Of a DNA stretch of 64,000 nt, positions 61,250 through 64,000 are shown piece by piece. The first letter of the stretch is position 1; each line of letters starts with the position of its first letter. The notes under the pieces are model-generated. The model worked only from the letters and a program-made list of their open reading frames with translations, did not search any database and was not told the DNA's origin. The DNA is from Squalus acanthias (taxonomy: Eukaryota), in NCBI GenBank assembly GCA_030390025.1, contig CM059432.1:91204001-91268000 (forward strand). Direction: 5' to 3'. A program made the position numbers and the translations under genes.

Positions 61250-63347
61250 ATAAGAACAGAAGAATTAGGAGCAGGATTAGGCCATACGGCCCTTCAAGCC
61301 TGCTCCGCCATTCAATAAGATCTTCGACCTCAACTCCACTTTCCCGCCCAATCCCCATATCCCTTGATGCCTCTAGAGTCCAAAAATCTATCTATCTCAG
61401 CCTTGAATATACTCAATGACTCAGCATCCACAGCCCTTTGGGGTAGAGAATTCCAAAGATTCACAACCCTCTGAGTGAAGAAATTCCTCCTCCTTTCAGT
61501 CTTAAATGGCCGACCCCTTATCCTGAGACTATGCCCCCTAGTTCTCGACACTCCAGCCAGGGGAAATTGCCTCTCAGCATCTACCCTGTCAATCCCCCTC
61601 AGAATCTTATATGTTTCATTGAAATCAACTCCCATTCTTCTAAACACCAGAGAGTATAGGCCCAATCTACTCAATCTCCCCTCATAGAACAACCCTCTCA
61701 TCCTAAGGATCAATCTAGTGAACCTTTGTTGCACCGCCTCTAAGGCATGTATGTCCTTTCTCAGATAAGGAGACCAAAACTGTACACAGTACTCCAGGTA
61801 TGGTCTCACCAAAACCCTGTACAATTGTAGTAAGACTTCCTTACTCTTGTACTCCAACCCCCTTGTAATAAAGGTCAACATGCCATTTGCCTTCCTAATT
61901 GCTTGCTGTACCTGCGTGCTAACTTTCTGTGTTTCCTGTACAAGGACGCCTAAATCTCTCTGAACTCCAACATGTAATAGTTCCTCACCATTTAGAAAAT
62001 ATTCTGTTTTTCTATTCTTCCTACCAAAGTGAATAACCTCACATTTCCCCACATTATACTCCATCTGCCACCTTATTGCCCACTCACTTAACCTGTCTAT
62101 ATCCCTTTGTAGGCTCTTTGTGTCCTCCTCACAGCTGACTTTCCGACCTAGCTTTGCATCATCAGCAAATTTGGATACATTGCACACGGTCCCTTCATCT
62201 AAGTCACTAATATAGATTGTAAATAGCTGAGGCCCAAGCACTGATACTTGCGACACCCCACTAGTTACAGCCTGCCAACCTGAAAATGATCTGTTTATCC
62301 CTACTCCCTGTTTTCTGTCCGTTAACCAATCCTCTATCCATGCTAATATATTACCCCCAACCCCATGAGCCCTTATCTTGCATAGCAACCTTTTATATGG
62401 CACCTTATCGAATGTCTTTTGGAAATCCAAATATACTACATCCACTGGTTCTCCTTTATCTACCCTGTTAGTTACATCCTCAAAAAACTCTAATAAATTT
62501 GTTAAACACATTTTCCCTTTCATAAAACCATGTTGACTCTGCCTAATCATACTATGATTTTCTAAGCGCCCTGTTACCACTTCCTTAACAATGGATTCCA
62601 GCATTTTCCCGACAACTGATGTCAGGCTAACTGGCCTGTAGTTCCCTGTTTTCTCTCTCCCTCCTTTCTTGAATAGCGGGGTTACATTTGTTACCTTCCT
62701 ATCCGCTGGGACCATTCTACAATCTAGGGAATTTTGGAAGATCACAACCAATGCATCCACTATCCCTGCAGCCACCTCTTTTAGAACCCTAGGATGTTCA
62801 GGGGATTTGTCGGCTTTTAGTTCCATTAGTTTCTCAAGTACTTTTTCTCTACTGATATTAATTACTTTAAGTTCCTCACTCTTATTTGCCCCTTGGTTCC
62901 CCACTATTTTTGGTATGCTTTTTGTGTCTTCTACTGTGAGGACAGATACAAAATAGTTATTTAAAGTCTCTGCCATTTCCTACTCCCCATTATAATTTCA
63001 ACTGTCTCAGCCTCTAAGGGACCAACGCTTACTTTTGCTACTCTCTTCCTTTTTACATACTTGTAGAAGCTGTTACAAGCGACATGAGGAAACATCTTTT
63101 AACACAGCGAGTTGTTGTGATCTGGAATGAGCTGCCTGAAAGGGTGGTGGAAGGAGATTCAATAGTAACTTTCAAAAGCGAATTGGATATTATTTCTCAA
63201 TGAAATGTATATTTGTTGTGAATTTTGGAATATTTCTTTAAATGTTTGCCATTGCTTATTTACCATCATATCTTTTAATCTAATTTCCCAATCTATCTTA
63301 GCTAACTTGCCCTTCATACCTATGTAATTGGCTTTATTTAAGTTTAA
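61250..63347 (-). mobile_element. CR1 LINE 3' half
   Basis: Tail at ~61250; RT ORF; interrupted at 63348 by a Harbinger derivative. Confidence 0.92.
61330..62976 (-). CDS. CR1 ORF2 reverse transcriptase region, open for 548 codons (partial)
   Basis: NYRPVSLTS, YLDFQKTFDKV, SGVSQVSVLGP, KFADDAKL, LVRPYLEYCVQFWSP. Substitutions in conserved motifs suggest a dead copy. Confidence 0.8.
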   Translation of the reverse strand: MAETLNNYFVSVLTVEDTKSIPKIVGNQGANKSEELKVINISREKVLEKLMELKADKSPEHPRVLKEVAAGIVDALVVIFQNSLDCRMVPADRKVTNVTPLFKKGGREKTGNYRPVSLTSVVGKMLESIVKEVVTGRLENHSMIRQSQHGFMKGKMCLTNLLEFFEDVTNRVDKGEPVDVVYLDFQKTFDKVPYKRLLCKIRAHGVGGNILAWIEDWLTDRKQGVGINRSFSGWQAVTSGVSQVSVLGPQLFTIYISDLDEGTVCNVSKFADDAKLGRKVSCEEDTKSLQRDIDRLSEWAIRWQMEYNVGKCEVIHFGRKNRKTEYFLNGEELLHVGVQRDLGVLVQETQKVSTQVQQAIRKANGMLTFITRGLEYKSKEVLLQLYRVLVRPYLEYCVQFWSPYLRKDIHALEAVQQRFTRLILRMRGLFYEGRLSRLGLYSLVFRRMGVDFNETYKILRGIDRVDAERQFPLAGVSRTRGHSLRIRGRPFKTERRRNFFTQRVVNLWNSLPQRAVDAESLSIFKAEIDRFLDSRGIKGYGDWAGKWS

Positions 63348-64000
63348 GGGGGAAAAATTTAGTTGGTTGCACCTCCTGTTAGCGCCTTAAGAGGGTGCTA
63401 ATGGGGCGCAAATCATCTAGCGCCCAGGCACGGCGATATTTGCGCCACTCGCGAAATTAACTAGACATTTTGCGGCGACGCTAAACACTACCGCCACGAT
63501 CTCCTGCGCCGGCAGATCGTGACGTCAGTCAAGTGCGCAACGCCCCGGTATCGCCACGGAGCGGATATTGAGTGGCGCCCCCTGCCTTACCGCCTGACGC
63601 TAGCAACGACAGGTTGAGGGGAGCGTTTTGCAGTCATGAAGGGGCTGAGGGAGCGCTATTTAAAGGCGACCGCTGCCTGCCTTTTATTGTTGGTGCCATT
63701 TTTGAACCACGCATTCTGAGAGAGAGGGAGAGAGACTTCTGGAGAGATTCAACGCTGTGTGAAGGAGTTTTGGGTACTGAGCAGCACTTTGCAGGTTCAT
63801 TTTGATTTGCCCTTCCTTGTATCAATTTAGAAGAGGCTGTGGGGGCTGCACTCTGAGCTCTTTCCCTGGTACTCTCCATTGTTCTTTCCAGCAGATTTGA
63901 TGTACAGGTCTCTCCAGGCCAAGATTCAAGGCTGCAATGAGCAGGATGTGGATGGAAAGCAAGATCAACCATTCCCCTTTAAGAACTGGTCCATGCCATT
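63348..64000. mobile_element. Non-autonomous deletion derivative of an H3-like Harbinger (runs off window)
   Basis: taa|gggggaaaaatttagttg resembles the H3 left end; ttagcgcc motifs; cccctttaagaactgg matches H3 37511-37526; MESTRERAQ on minus strand resembles the Myb start. Confidence 0.75.

Overview
Eukaryotic DNA, very probably from a cartilaginous fish (HE1-like V-SINE, Deu-type SINEs, several CR1 families, L2, RTE). I found no host protein-coding exon, so the window looks intronic or intergenic, and most of it is transposable element. The dominant signal is a dense set of PIF/Harbinger DNA transposons. Four are two-gene elements (H1 6025-10292, H2 12790-17053, H3 31235-37758, and H4 35050-~37510 nested in H3). 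Each has a DDE transposase facing a Myb/SANT (trihelix)-like partner gene. In H1-H3 the partner has three exons, and in H1/H2 it also carries a heptad coiled coil, an AT-hook-like motif and a basic NLS-like tail. There are also remnants, a deletion derivative and several non-autonomous families that carry promoter motifs, splice donors and family-specific subterminal motifs. Nearly all Harbingers with clear ends sit inside other TEs; three interrupt one near full-length CR1 (4671-~18790). All long genes are disrupted pseudogenes or truncated. A few TE-free AT-rich blocks may be conserved non-coding elements. All assignments were made by eye, with no database search.
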